DNA of 64,000 nt from Macrostomum lignano (lineage: Eukaryota), in the NCBI GenBank assembly GCA_002269645.1, contig NIVC01003458.1:32780-96779 (forward strand), given 5' to 3'. The position numbers and the translations under genes are program-made. Numbering within the stretch: position 1 is the first letter of the stretch; every line of letters begins with the position of its first letter. Shown one piece after another: positions 27,968 to 40,379 of this stretch. The notes beneath the pieces are model-generated. The model worked only from the letters and a program-made list of their open reading frames with translations, was not told where the DNA came from and did not search any database.

Positions 27968-28865
27968 TAAGACCAATCAGGAAACCATGACTAAACAGGA
28001 AACCACTGACCAATCAGGAAACCAGTATGACCAATCAGGAAACCACTATGATTAATAAGGAAACCAGTATGACCAATCTTGAAACCACTATGCTCAATCA
28101 GGAAACCAGTATGACCAATCAGGAAACCACTATGATTAATAAGGAAACCACTATGACCAATCAGGAAACCAGTATGACCAATCAGGAAACCAGTATGACC
28201 AATCAGGAAACCACTATGATTAATAAGGAAACCACTATGACCAATCTTGAAACCACTATGCTCAATCAGGAAACCAGTATGACCAATCAGGAAACCACTA
28301 TGATTAATAAGGAAACCACTATGACCAATCAGGAAACCAGTATGACCAATCAGGAAACCACTATGACCAATCAGGAAACCACTATGACCAATCAGGAAAC
28401 CACTATGACCAATCAGGAAAACACTTTGACTAACAAAGAAACCACTATGACCAATCTTGAAACCACTATGCTCAATCAGGAAACCAGTATGACCAATCAG
28501 GAAACACTATGACCAATCAGGAAACCATTATGACCAATCAGGGAACACTATGAGCAATCAGGAACCCACATGACCAATCAGGAAACCACTATGACCAATC
28601 AGGAAACCACTATGAGCAATCAGGAAACCACTATGATTAATCAGGGAACCACTATGAGCAATCAGGAAACCACTATGATTAATCAGGGAACCACTATGAC
28701 CAATCAGGAAACCACTATGACCAATCAGGAAACGACTATGACCAATCAAGAAACCACTATGAGCAATCAGGAAACCACTATAAGCAATCAGGAAACCACT
28801 ATGAGCAATCAGGAAACCACTATGAGCAATCAGGAACCCACATGACCAATCAGGAACCCACCAAT
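27968..28865. repeat. 21-bp minisatellite (ATGACCAATCAGGAAACCACT)n
   Basis: Direct reading; 7-aa periodic ORFs (MTNQETT). Confidence 0.96.
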
Positions 28866-28897
28866 GCAGCACCATCCAGCTGACATGCCGCACTCAC

Positions 28898-29084
28898 CAG
28901 TGCCATTATCGTAGACCCAAGGCAGGCCGCGGTGCCACTTGCAGCTGGCATTGGTGCTGCACTCGCCCATGCGCCAGAAGTCGAGCGCGGCCGCGGCCAC
29001 GGTTGAGGTGAAGCAGCCGATGCAGCCGGCAACCAGCAGCCAGCGGAGCAGCCGAGACTTGGCCGAGCGAACGCCTGCGCCCAT
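28898..29084 (-). CDS. Claudin-like tetraspan exon 1 (TM1, ECL1)
   Basis: MGAGVRSAKSRLLRWLLVAGCIGCFTSTVAAAALDFWRMGECSTNASCKWHRGLPWVYDNGT, then consensus donor G|GTGAGT; GC3-rich codons. Confidence 0.78.
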
Positions 29085-29472
29085 GGAGCCGATCTCGGGT
29101 CGAGTTCGGAGAGAGAAGAAAAACTGAGAAATTACTCCAAGGCTTCTTCACTATTTAGTAGTGTTGCACTAATCAGGCGGTTTGTGAGAATTTTCGCACG
29201 GACCAACGCCCCTTTATGAACAACAATGCATTGAAGTAGATTGTAAGTTCTTTAGTACCATTGCTGTCTGCAGTGGGCTCAGCTGTGCCCATGTCTTGTT
29301 GCTGGTAAGAAAATTGAGCAAAATTTTAACAAGGATGATAGCGACTGAGCTTAACACAGAAGTATGCAAGGCATGTTTCTTCCTTATTTGGGGCCAACCA
29401 GTAGAGCAGAGACTGGCATCTTTGACGTCACAAACGCAGATTAATACAATTTTAATTGACTTGCGTTTCACG

Positions 29473-30440
29473 AGAGAGAGAGGAGATGAGAGAGGAGAGA
29501 GGATGGAGAGAGAAGAGAAAGGAGAGAGAAGAGAGAGGAGAGAGGAGAGAGAAGAGAAAGGAGAGAGAAGAGAGAGGAGAGAGGAGAGAGAAGAGAAAGG
29601 AGAGAGAAGAGAGAGGAGAGAGGAGAGAGAGGAGAGAGGAGAGAGAAGAGAAAGGAGAGAGAAGAGAGAGGAGAGAGGAGAGAGAAGAGAGAGGAGAGAG
29701 AAGAGAGAGGAGAGAGAAGAGAGAGGAGAGAGAGAGGATGGAGAGAGAAGAGAAAGGAGAGAGAAGAGAGAGGAGAGAGGATCGAGAGAGAAGAGAAAGG
29801 AGAGAGAAGAAAGAGGAGAGAGGAGAGAGAAGAGGGAGGAGAGAGGAGAGAGAAGAGAGAGGAGAGAGAAGAGAGAGGAGAGAGAAGAGAGAGGAGAGAG
29901 AGAGGATGGAGAGAGAAGAGAAAGGAGAGAGAAGAGAGAGGAGAGAGGATGGAGAGAGAAGAGAAAGGAGAGAGAATAGAGAGGAGAGAGGAGAGAGAAG
30001 AGAAAGGAGAGAGAAGAGAGAGGAGAGAGGAGAGAGAAGAGAAAGGAGAGAGAAGAGAGAGGAGAGAGGAGAGAGAAGAGAAAGGAGAGAGAAGAGAAAG
30101 GAGAGAGGAGAGAGAAGAGAAAGGAGAGAGAAGAGAGAGGAGAGAGGAGAGAGAAGAGAAAGGAGAGAGAAGAGAGAGGAGAGAGGAGAGAGAAGAGAAA
30201 GGAGAGAGAAGAGGGAGGAGAGAGGAGAGAGAAGAGAGAGGAGAGAGAAGAGAGAGGAGAGAGAAGAGAGAGGAGAGAGAGAGGATGGAGAGAGAAGAGA
30301 AAGCAGAGAGAAGAGAGAGGAGAGAGAGAGGATGGAGAGAGAAGAGAAAGCAGAGAGAATAGAGAGGAGAGAGAGGAGAGAGAGGAAAGAGAGGAGAGAG
30401 GAGAGAGAGGAGAGAGGAGAGAGGACAGAGAGGACAGAAT
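29473..30440. repeat. Purine-only GA-rich compound satellite
   Basis: Direct reading. Confidence 0.95.
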
Positions 30441-31284
30441 AGAAATCGGAGAGGAGGAACGATAAGAGAAAAGTGAGAAAATGGTTAGAGATACAGGCGA
30501 GAAGCGCAGCAAATACGAGAGTGATTCGTAAATGGGTAAAACAAGGACAAGCATTGGAAGCATTAAATAGCGCAATTCTAGTATAAGTATCAGTTAGACA
30601 CAAAATCCTTCAGCAGGTGCACAGCGGACTTACAAAGTTTATTTGATTCGTCGCAATTTCAAACACAAAATAAACTGTTTATAAAGACATCTCAGTTACA
30701 ACATGCACTCGGTGAAAACGGAAAGCATCCTAAACGGAAACAATAAGAGCTATTAGCGCTGCTTTTTAGTGGAGGCTCAACGGCTGCAATCCTCTTACCA
30801 ATCTTGTTTGGCCATCGAGCTCTCAGCTTTGCAGTTAAATCTGATTCACGCACGATAATCAAGCAACAGTAGTCACATGCTATCTAGTGATGGGACAGAG
30901 ACTGTCCTGTGATTCTACAATGGAACAGAATAACGTTGGTGCAGCTGGTGGTTTGGGGGGAGGACAGGGGTTGATTCCAATGCAAAAAAAATTTTGTGAC
31001 ATTTCTAAGAACAAAAATAGGGAAAATTTACAGTTAAATACGCAGCCGTGCACAGTGGCGCATTCGAGGGAATTCTGGGGATATTTTACAGAGCTAGTGA
31101 GGCATTCACAAAGCAGCACACATACAAACGTGTAGAGTTTGTATTAGTCTGAATCTCAGGCTGAGCACACACTGTAGGAGTGAAGTTTTGCCGTTTTTTC
31201 CTAATTTGGAAATTATTTTCTACTTTTCTAGTGACTAAGCTAGTCGGTAGAAGATTCGGTAGAACTACTTCTCCCAGCACCAAC

Positions 31285-31465
31285 CCCACTCCGAAACCAC
31301 CTCACTCCGCACCCACCTCACTCCGCACCTACCTCACTCCCCACCCACCTCACTCCGCAACCACAACACTCCGCACCCACCTCACTCCGCAACCACACCA
31401 CTCAGAAACCACCTCACTCCGTACCTACCTCACTCCGCACCAACAAAACTTCGCACCTACCTCAT
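31285..31465. repeat. Degenerate 16-bp minisatellite (CAACCTCACTCCGCAC)n
   Basis: Direct reading; same family as 32183..32430. Confidence 0.85.
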
Positions 31466-31605
31466 TTTGGATCAGATTATTGTCGTACATGGCTATAGCA
31501 AACTAGAGACAATACTAATAACAAACCCGGACATTCAGAGAAACAGCAAAAGCACACGGGCTCGGAAACAGCACAGAGAGGGTGACAGAACCAATGGGAT
31601 ATTTT

Positions 31606-32054
31606 TTAAAAATCTCTGAAGTGCTCCTGGCCTGCAGCGCTAGCTGACGGCACCTTCTTCCAATCCTGCTCGTCGTAGACATCGTAGCAGCGCGTATCCC
31701 CGGGATGCTGCACCTGGGGCACAATGGGGGGCGCCATCTTGCGCAGCTCCACGTCCAGCCAGTTGACTCCCTTGAACCAGCGATGGTTGCGGACATCGTC
31801 TGGCCCGCTCTTCATATTGCCCAGCCGCTTGGTGCGGTCCTGCACCAGCAGTTTGCGGACAATGTCGCGAGCGACCGGATCCACCGGACTGTCACGAGGA
31901 AAGTCGAACTTGCCGGACAGAATCTTCTGGTAGATCTGCATCGGATTGTCGTCGTAGAACGGGGGAGTGCCGACCAGCATTTCGTAGATTAGAACCCCGA
32001 GGGCCCAGTAATCTACAGCGCGGTTGTAGCCCTTGCCTTGGATGATCTCCGGTG
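31606..32054 (-). CDS. PRKX: PRKX-like kinase exon 2 (APE to C-terminus)
   Basis: Acceptor TTCTCTTCAG; APEIIQGKGYNRAVDYWALGVLIYEMLVGTPPF...HFRDF then TAA. Confidence 0.92.
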
Positions 32055-32182
32055 CTGAAGAGAACGCAGATTTGGTGCGGATTAGCAGATTTCAATAAGG
32101 TATGCGTTTGCTTGCTCCTTAAAAGCAGTAACTGTTTCTAATATTCCTAAAAAGTACAATTGTGTTTGCTACGCACATCTCA

Positions 32183-32430
32183 TCCACGCCACCCCAATCT
32201 GCACCCACCTCACTCCGCACCAACCTCACTCCGCACCAACCTCACTCCGCACCAACCTCACTCCGCACCCACCTCACTCCGCACCAACCTCACTCCGCAC
32301 CAACCTCACTTCGCACCAACCTCACTCCGCACCAACCTCATTCCGCAACTACCTCACTCTGCACTCACCCCACTCCGCAACCACCCCACTCTACATCTAC
32401 CTTACTTCGCACCTCACTCCGCACTCCATA
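32183..32430. repeat. 16-bp minisatellite (CAACCTCACTCCGCAC)n
   Basis: Direct reading. Confidence 0.92.
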
Positions 32431-32766
32431 TCAGCCATGCTCTTTGAGCTCTTTGAGCTTTTCGAGTTTTATCCCTGAGGCGTTCTTTTCCAGCACGAAC
32501 TCTATTTTTGGGGAAGAGAGATTTTTAGGAATAGCAATTAATCCCCGCCCCCACTGGTGGGTTGCTTATATGACTGGGAGCTTCAGGATGAGATTTGAGG
32601 CTATGAGGCATCGCGTGTTCTGGCCGCTCGCAACTGCCTCGCCCTTTATCTATCAAAATTCATTCACAAAATTTTTGCGCTTGAGCCTGTCACGAACATG
32701 CATTTCGGCTTTGTCAAAGTTTGTTCTCGAATTTCCATGGTTCGTTTTTCGTTCGAGTCCTGACAA

Positions 32767-33157
32767 GTACTGACTGTGCTCAAATACTGACTGTGCTCAA
32801 ATACTGACTGTGCTCAAATACTGACTGTGCTCAAATACTGACTGTGCTCAAATACTGACTGTGCTCAAATACTGACTGTGCTCAAATACTGACTGTGCTC
32901 AAATACTGACTGTGCTCAAATACTGACTGTGCTCAAATACTGACTGTGCTCAAATACTGACTGTGCTCAAATACTGACTGTGCTCAAATACTGACTGTGC
33001 TCAAATACTGACTGTGCTCAAATACTGACTGTGCTCAAATACTGACTGTGCTCAAATACTGACTGTGCTCAAATACTGACTGTGCTCAAATACTGACTGT
33101 GCTCAAATACTGACTGTGCTCAAGTACTGACTGTGCTCAAGTACTGACTGTGCTCAG
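32767..33157. repeat. 17-bp minisatellite (TACTGACTGTGCTCAAA)n, near-perfect
   Basis: Direct reading, ~23 copies. Confidence 0.97.
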
Positions 33158-33878
33158 AGTGTTTTTAGCCTTTGAAGTCAAGCAGGCCATTCACGCTAGC
33201 AGCCCAGTGCCAGTGCGCTATCCGACTGACGCAAGCAGCCGCGCATTTCGGTAATCCAATCAATTTAACTCTGCATCCAAAGCCGTCAATCAAGCTTCTT
33301 TCGGTCAGTCTATCCGTCGGAATAGATTTATTCAAGACTGGAAGAGGAGAGGTGCTAAAAAATATTCCGGCTTTGGGGATCGCTGCACCTGGAAAATCCC
33401 CCCTGGAGGAAGCACTTTTATTCCCTGATGCAGCAGACAGCCTTGAAGCTGGCGAAGGGTGCGTGTGGAACGGGAGAACACGAGCCAGAAGTAATCACCG
33501 TTTCTGGCAAACCGCGCAGACGGCACAGAACTGGCAAAAAAGTTCAAAAGTTCCTTGCAAACTAAATAAGCAGTAATAGGCGGGATAAAGAGGCAAGCAA
33601 TGCTAGAGGAAAAAAAGAAAGCAATTTAATCCGCGGTGAAGCAAAATTACAGGACATTCAAAGAAAACTTGAAGTAAAAATTTGTGACTAAGGTTTCGAA
33701 TGATCGCCAAAAGCAGATTAACATTTCTGATATCAAGTTGATTTTGGCGTAAAAGCCTCTGTTTTCTCCCAGTTTCTCGAAACACTAAGGCGAAAAAACG
33801 ACCCGAGAAAAGAGTCTAGGCTTGGCTTTACTAGACTGTGGGAAAGAAGCAAGCATACGAGTAAGGGAGTAAGGACGA

Positions 33879-34652
<774 letters not shown>

Positions 34653-35271
34653 GACTCAAAAATGCAAAGAAATGTATGCATGCAGGGTTACAGAATGAAC
34701 AAATATTAGACAGAACAGACATTACAGAACGCGCTAAACGCCAGCCATCAATAACACAAGCCAGCAGTGACATTTGTTGCCACCTGTCGCCGAATGTCAG
34801 AGCGCCGGTGAAATGGGGAGCTCAGCAAGAAGAACATGTAGTTGACAGGTAGGGGCCGCCTGGCTGTGAATGACAGCCGGAGGCACCAGCTGAGACGACT
34901 CCCAGACTCTGACAGGTGTGGAGGCAGAATTATGTAAAAAAAACTTCTCGCGCGATCTTCCCCGCTGACAAGAAAAAGCAATTTGAACTGCTCAAGTTAG
35001 CGGAAGAAACGTCTTAGAAATGCTTGACGACAAAAAAACTGGAAATGTCGAAATGTGGGAATCGAGCAGGCAGTGGTGCGAGATAAGCAAGCTCGGGAGC
35101 AGTTGGGCGGGGGTCAAGCATAAATTTGTGCTGCAATCAACTTTACTGAAGTCGTGTCTTGCTGTTTGTTGTCCCTGCATGGACTCTACGGTTGTCTGTT
35201 GAAATTGAAAAACTTCTACAAGCAAAATGAAGTATTGCGCTCTGATTTTTGCCCTTGCCTTTGGTAAGTTA

Positions 35272-35545
35272 TTGTGATTTGTCCGTGGTTTGTCATTTGT
35301 TGTCTGTGGTTTGTCATTTGTTGTCCGTGGTTTGTGATTTGTTGTCTGTGGTTTGTGATTTGTTGTCTGTGGTTTGTCATTTATTGTCAATTGGTTTGCA
35401 ATTTGTTGTCAATTGGTTTGTGATTTGTTGTCTGTGGTTTGTGAATTGTTGTCAATTGTTTTGTGATTTGTTGTCTTGTGGTTTGTAACTCATCTGTGGT
35501 TTGTAATTTGCTGTCTGTGGTTTGCGATTTTTTGTCGATTGGTTT
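35272..35545. repeat. 21-bp TG-rich minisatellite (TGTGGTTTGTGATTTGTTGTC)n, degenerate
   Basis: Direct reading. Confidence 0.85.
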
Positions 35546-35989
35546 TTTGTTTATTGTATATAATGTACAATCTGTTGTTTAGATATATTAGTTATTTTTC
35601 TATATTTATTTTTAAACTCCTAGTATTACTATCTATATTAGCAACAAATTAACAAGTTTATTTAATTAAAACTCGATTCAGACCCTGTCAGATGCCCAAA
35701 AATTGATTTCGCTACCGAACGAGAGCTGAGAAAGGCGGGCACAAAATAGAAGAAAATAATTGAGGCGAAAGAAGAAGACTGAAAAACCCAGAAAGATGCA
35801 GAAGCCTAAGAGAATTAGTGGATGGGGGAGAGAGAATATCGAGTGAAAAATGTTCCAACATTGGGAGGATAGGACCGGGGTCTTTGGGGCAGAAAAAGTG
35901 TCGCCTCTGCTTTTTCTAAAGCGGTTCTGCCTCTCCGAGGACTAAAGCTTGTAACTATATAAGAAGTTGCACCCTGTCTTCCCTACGCA

Positions 35990-36065
35990 ATGCTCCCGCG
36001 GCCAAGCACTGGGCCCGCAGTTTTAAGCGAAGTTGGCAGGCCGAATTTATCCGGACGAAGCTTCG
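35990..36065 (+). CDS. Candidate first exon of the nested gene (MLPRPSTGPAVLSEVGRPNLSGRSF)
   Basis: ATG at 35990, and a phase-1 donor G|GTTAGC at 36066 matches the phase-1 acceptor at 36639 (233 aa in total). TATATAAG lies at 35956-35963. This could be a chance match. Confidence 0.35.
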
Positions 36066-36324
36066 GTTAGCCGTGTTGCCAAGCGGAGCCGAAAACAAAA
36101 TCGAGAGGGAAAGCGAGGGAGGAGAAGAGAAAGGAGAAAGGGGGAAGCAAAGCGATGGAGGGCGAAAAAAGATAGCAGTGTGGGAACAGCTCGAATGTGT
36201 AGGCATTTCGCTTCACTTAGCGGGTATCATTTTGAACTGCGTGTAGCAAAATTGGGTGATATAGCTCGTAAAAATGGTTTCATTTCATCATAAAATAACT
36301 GGGTCCGCTGTTTTCTAGTTCCCA

Positions 36325-36545
36325 ATATTCCCTATCCCGAATATTCCCCAATCCCGAATATTCCCTAATCCAGAATATTCCCTAATCCCGAATATTCCCT
36401 AATCCCTTATATATTCCCTAATCCCTTATATATTCCCTAATCCCTTATATATTCCCTAATCCCTTATATATTCCGTAATCCCTTATATATTCCCAAATCT
36501 TTTATATATTCCCTAATTCAGAATATTCCCCAATCCTGGATAATC
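36325..36545. repeat. ~16-18-bp minisatellite with ATATTCCCTAATCCC core
   Basis: Direct reading. Confidence 0.85.
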
Positions 36546-36639
36546 TCTAATCTTAAAATTGTGTAAACCCAAAGAATTCAGAATCTGTAAGCCTGAACTC
36601 GCACTGTGCAATCTGACATCAACTCCGACTCTCCCGCAG

Positions 36640-37265
36640 CCCTGGCCTGGTCGGGCGCCAGCGCTCAGGAGTCGCACGAGGCGCTGCGTGGCCTCATCAG
36701 GAAGGCCATCTCGGGTCTGGACGCCGTCGACCGTCTGGTTGAGGAACGGCGCAACTCCAGCGAGGTGATCGGGCGCATTGTTGGCCAGGGCTACGAGTAC
36801 TTCTCCCAGTCATCCAGCCTGTCTAAGGTGAACGGTCTCCGGGCCAGCTTCTACGACAGGTACGTCGACATCATGGTGCCGAGGTTCGACATTCCGCCGG
36901 CCGACCAGGCGGAGATCAAGGAGAAGGTGTTCGACCAGATCAAGGAGGCCGAGCCGGGCAAGTGGTTCGAGCACAAGATGCTGTTCAACCCGGCCAGCGA
37001 CCCGGAGAACACCAAGTACATCTGCGTCTACGGCTTCGTCAGGAATGATGGAAACTTCGACTTGGTGGTGCTGGAGGTCCGGGCCTCGTTCAAGCTGGCC
37101 AGGGACGTGCTGGTGATCCAAAACAAGCGCACTGGAGAGATCAGCCTGGAGAGAGAGGAGCTGGAGACCGAGCGACTGCCTGGCGAAGTCGACGAGCAGG
37201 ACGTCCAGGTGGTGCTGAAGTTCTTCGAGGCCACTGCTCTGCGTATTCTGAGCAAAAAGATCTGA
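36640..37265 (+). CDS. Main coding exon of an uncharacterised protein, nested antisense in the PRKX-like intron
   Basis: A 219-codon non-repetitive open frame with very strong GC3 codon bias (GAG, ATC, CTG, TTC, GAC), an acceptor CTCTCCCGCAG at 36639 and stop TGA at 37263-37265. The ORF-track GTG start is probably intronic. Confidence 0.8.
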
Positions 37266-37431
37266 GTAGCTTCAGAGCTGTGAGATTTTAGCTCTGCTGA
37301 CCGATATGTGCCGACCTCTGCTGAGAAATATACAAGCTATGAGAGCTGATTGACTGCGATTGCGGCTATGAATTCGGGCTGATCGACAGTCCTTCCCTCT
37401 GTGTTTGTTTAGACAGGCAGGCGGGCACTGA

Positions 37432-39370
37432 TACACTGAGACAGTCACTAACAGCCACTGAGACAGTCACTAACAGCCACTGAGACAGTCATTAACAGCC
37501 ACTGAGACAGTCACTAACAGCCACTGAGACAGTCACTAACAGCCACTGAGACAGTCACTGAGACAGTCACTAACAGCCACTGAGACAGTCACTAACAGCC
37601 ACTGAGACAGTCACTAACAGCCACTGAGACAGTCACTAACAGCCACTGAGACAGTCACTAACAGCCACTGAGACAGTCACTAACAGCCACTGAGACAGTC
37701 ACTGAGACAGTCACTAACAGCCACTGAGACAGTCACTAACAGCCACTGAGACAGTCACTAACAGCCACTGAGACAGTCACTAACAGCCACTGAGACAGTC
37801 ACTGAGACAGTCACTAACAGCCACTGAGACAGTCACTGAGACAGTCACTGAGACAGTCACTGAGACAGTCACTAAAAGAGTCACTAAAAGCCACTGAGGC
37901 AGTCACTAAAAGAGTCACTAAAAGCCACTGAGACAGTCACTAAAAGAGTCACTAAAAGCCACTGAGGCAGTCACTAAAAGAGTCACTAAAAGCCACTGAG
38001 ACAGTCACTAACAGCCACTGAGACAGTCACTAACAGCCACTGAGACAGTCACTAACAGCCACTGAGACAGTCACTGAGACAGTCACTAACAGCCACTGAG
38101 ACAGTCACTAACAGCCACTGAGACAGTCACTAACAGCCACTGAGACAGTCACTAACAGCCACTGAGACAGTCACTAACAGCCACTGAGACGGTCACTAAC
38201 AGCCACTGAGACAGTCACTAACAGCCACTGAGACAGTCACTGAGACAGTCACTAACAGCCACTGAGACAGTCACTAACAGCCACTGAGACAGTCATTAAA
38301 ACAGTCACTAACAGCCACTGAGACAGTCACTAACAGCCACTGAGACAGTCACTAACAGCCACTGAGACAGTCACTAACAGCCACTGAGACAGTCACTGAG
38401 ACAGTCACTAACAGCCACTGAGACAGTCACTAACGGTCACTAAAACAGTCACTAACAGCCACTGAGACAGTCACTGAGACAGTCACTAACAGCCACTGAG
38501 ACAGTCACTAACAGCCACTGAGACAGTCACTGAGACAGTCACTAACAGCCACTGAGACAGTCACTAACAGCCACTGAGACAGTCACTAACAGCCACTGAG
38601 ACAGTCACTAACAGCCACTGAGACAGTCACTGACAGTCACTAAAAGAGTCACTAAAAGCCACTGAGACAGTCACTGAGACAGTCACTAACAGCCACTGAG
38701 ACAGTCACTAAAAGAGTCACTAAAAGCCACTGAGACAGTCACTAAAACAGTCACTAACAGCCACTGAGACAGTCACTAACAGCCACTGAGACAGTCACTA
38801 ACAGCCACTGAGACAGTCACTAAAACAGTCACTAACAGCCACTGAGACAGTCACTAACAGCCACTGAGACAGTCACTAACAGCCACTGAGACAGTCATTA
38901 AAACAGTCACTAACAGCCACTGAGACAGTCACTAACAGCCACTGAGACAGTCACTAACAGCCACTGAGACAGTCACTAACAGCCACTGAGACAGTCACTG
39001 AGACAGTCACTAACAGCCACTGAGACAGTCACTGAGACAGTCACTGAGACAGTCACTGAGACAGTCACTAAAAGAGTCACTAAAAGCCACTGAGGCAGTC
39101 ACTAAAAGAGTCACTAAAAGCCACTGAGACAGTCACTAAAAGAGTCACTAAAAGCCACTGAGGCAGTCACTAAAAGAGTCACTAAAAGCCACTGAGACAG
39201 TCACTAACAGCCACTGAGACAGTCACTAACAGCCACTGAGACAGTCACTAACAGCCACTGAGACAGTCACTGAGACAGTCACTAACAGCCACTGAGACAG
39301 TCACTAACAGCCACTGAGACAGTCACTAACAGCCACTGAGACAGTCACTAACAGCCACTGAGACAGTCAG
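37432..39370. repeat. 22-bp composite minisatellite (CACTGAGACAGT + CACTAACAGC) with variant modules
   Basis: Direct reading; 10- and 12-bp subunits are shuffled. Confidence 0.96.
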
Positions 39371-40044
39371 ACAGATAAGCGGCTCCCGTCGGTATCTGCT
39401 CTCAGTTATGCTCTGCACTTTTGCGGCACGGGAAAGTACAAGTTCTTGCCGACTAAAATTAAACTGTCTTTGGATTATCTGTTCAGCAGAGCTTTCTGGC
39501 TCACTGACGTGACCGACGGGTGAACGAAAATGATTGGCTCGAATCGTGCTGGCCAGGGTACTTGATATTCATCATCTGAGTCCGACTGCTCAAAGCCATT
39601 CAATCATATGTACAATATTTTTATTCGATTGGACCTCTTTGATTATACAGTCCAGGAGAAATGGGACTGCGGGCAAATCCATAATTCACTGTCAGAGCGG
39701 AGAGTTCTGCGATAGCGGAACGTGAAGCAGGGGGGGTGGTCTGAGTGGGTTCTCACAGACCCGGTGCTCAAACAGTCCCAAACGGCTACTAACGGCTGAG
39801 ATGAGAAAGAGAGTCTGCCTGAGCGCATAGATTTCCCATGCAGTGCTCTAGCTGGGGCAAGACTGGCAGCGACCCGCAAAAAGATGCGCATTACTCCTTC
39901 ATGGCGACTCCCAAATCCCCCGGCGACCGGGCCGCTTGCCGAGGGCGATCTGAATCGGATTGTTATTTCTTCTTCTAGAAATTTTCCTCTTCCCATTTCT
40001 TATTTTGTCTTCATGGCTTGCTTTTGCAGAGAGATACATTAAAT

Positions 40045-40379
<335 letters not shown>

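Larger units (their letters stand above)
24641..29084 (-). other. Gene span: claudin/PMP22-superfamily-like four-TM protein, join(complement 29084..28898,27783..27634,24846..24641), 543 nt, 180 aa
   Basis: Three exons join in frame with phase-1 GT-AG introns. There are four hydrophobic segments, a W...HRGLPW first loop and an FAFWF-type motif at the start of TM4. Confidence 0.75.

Noticed and set aside
36810-37255. Minus-strand ORFs overlapping the nested exon, and similar shadow ORFs over the receptor and kinase exons
   Set aside because: Antisense or alternate-frame shadows typical of GC3-rich coding sequence.
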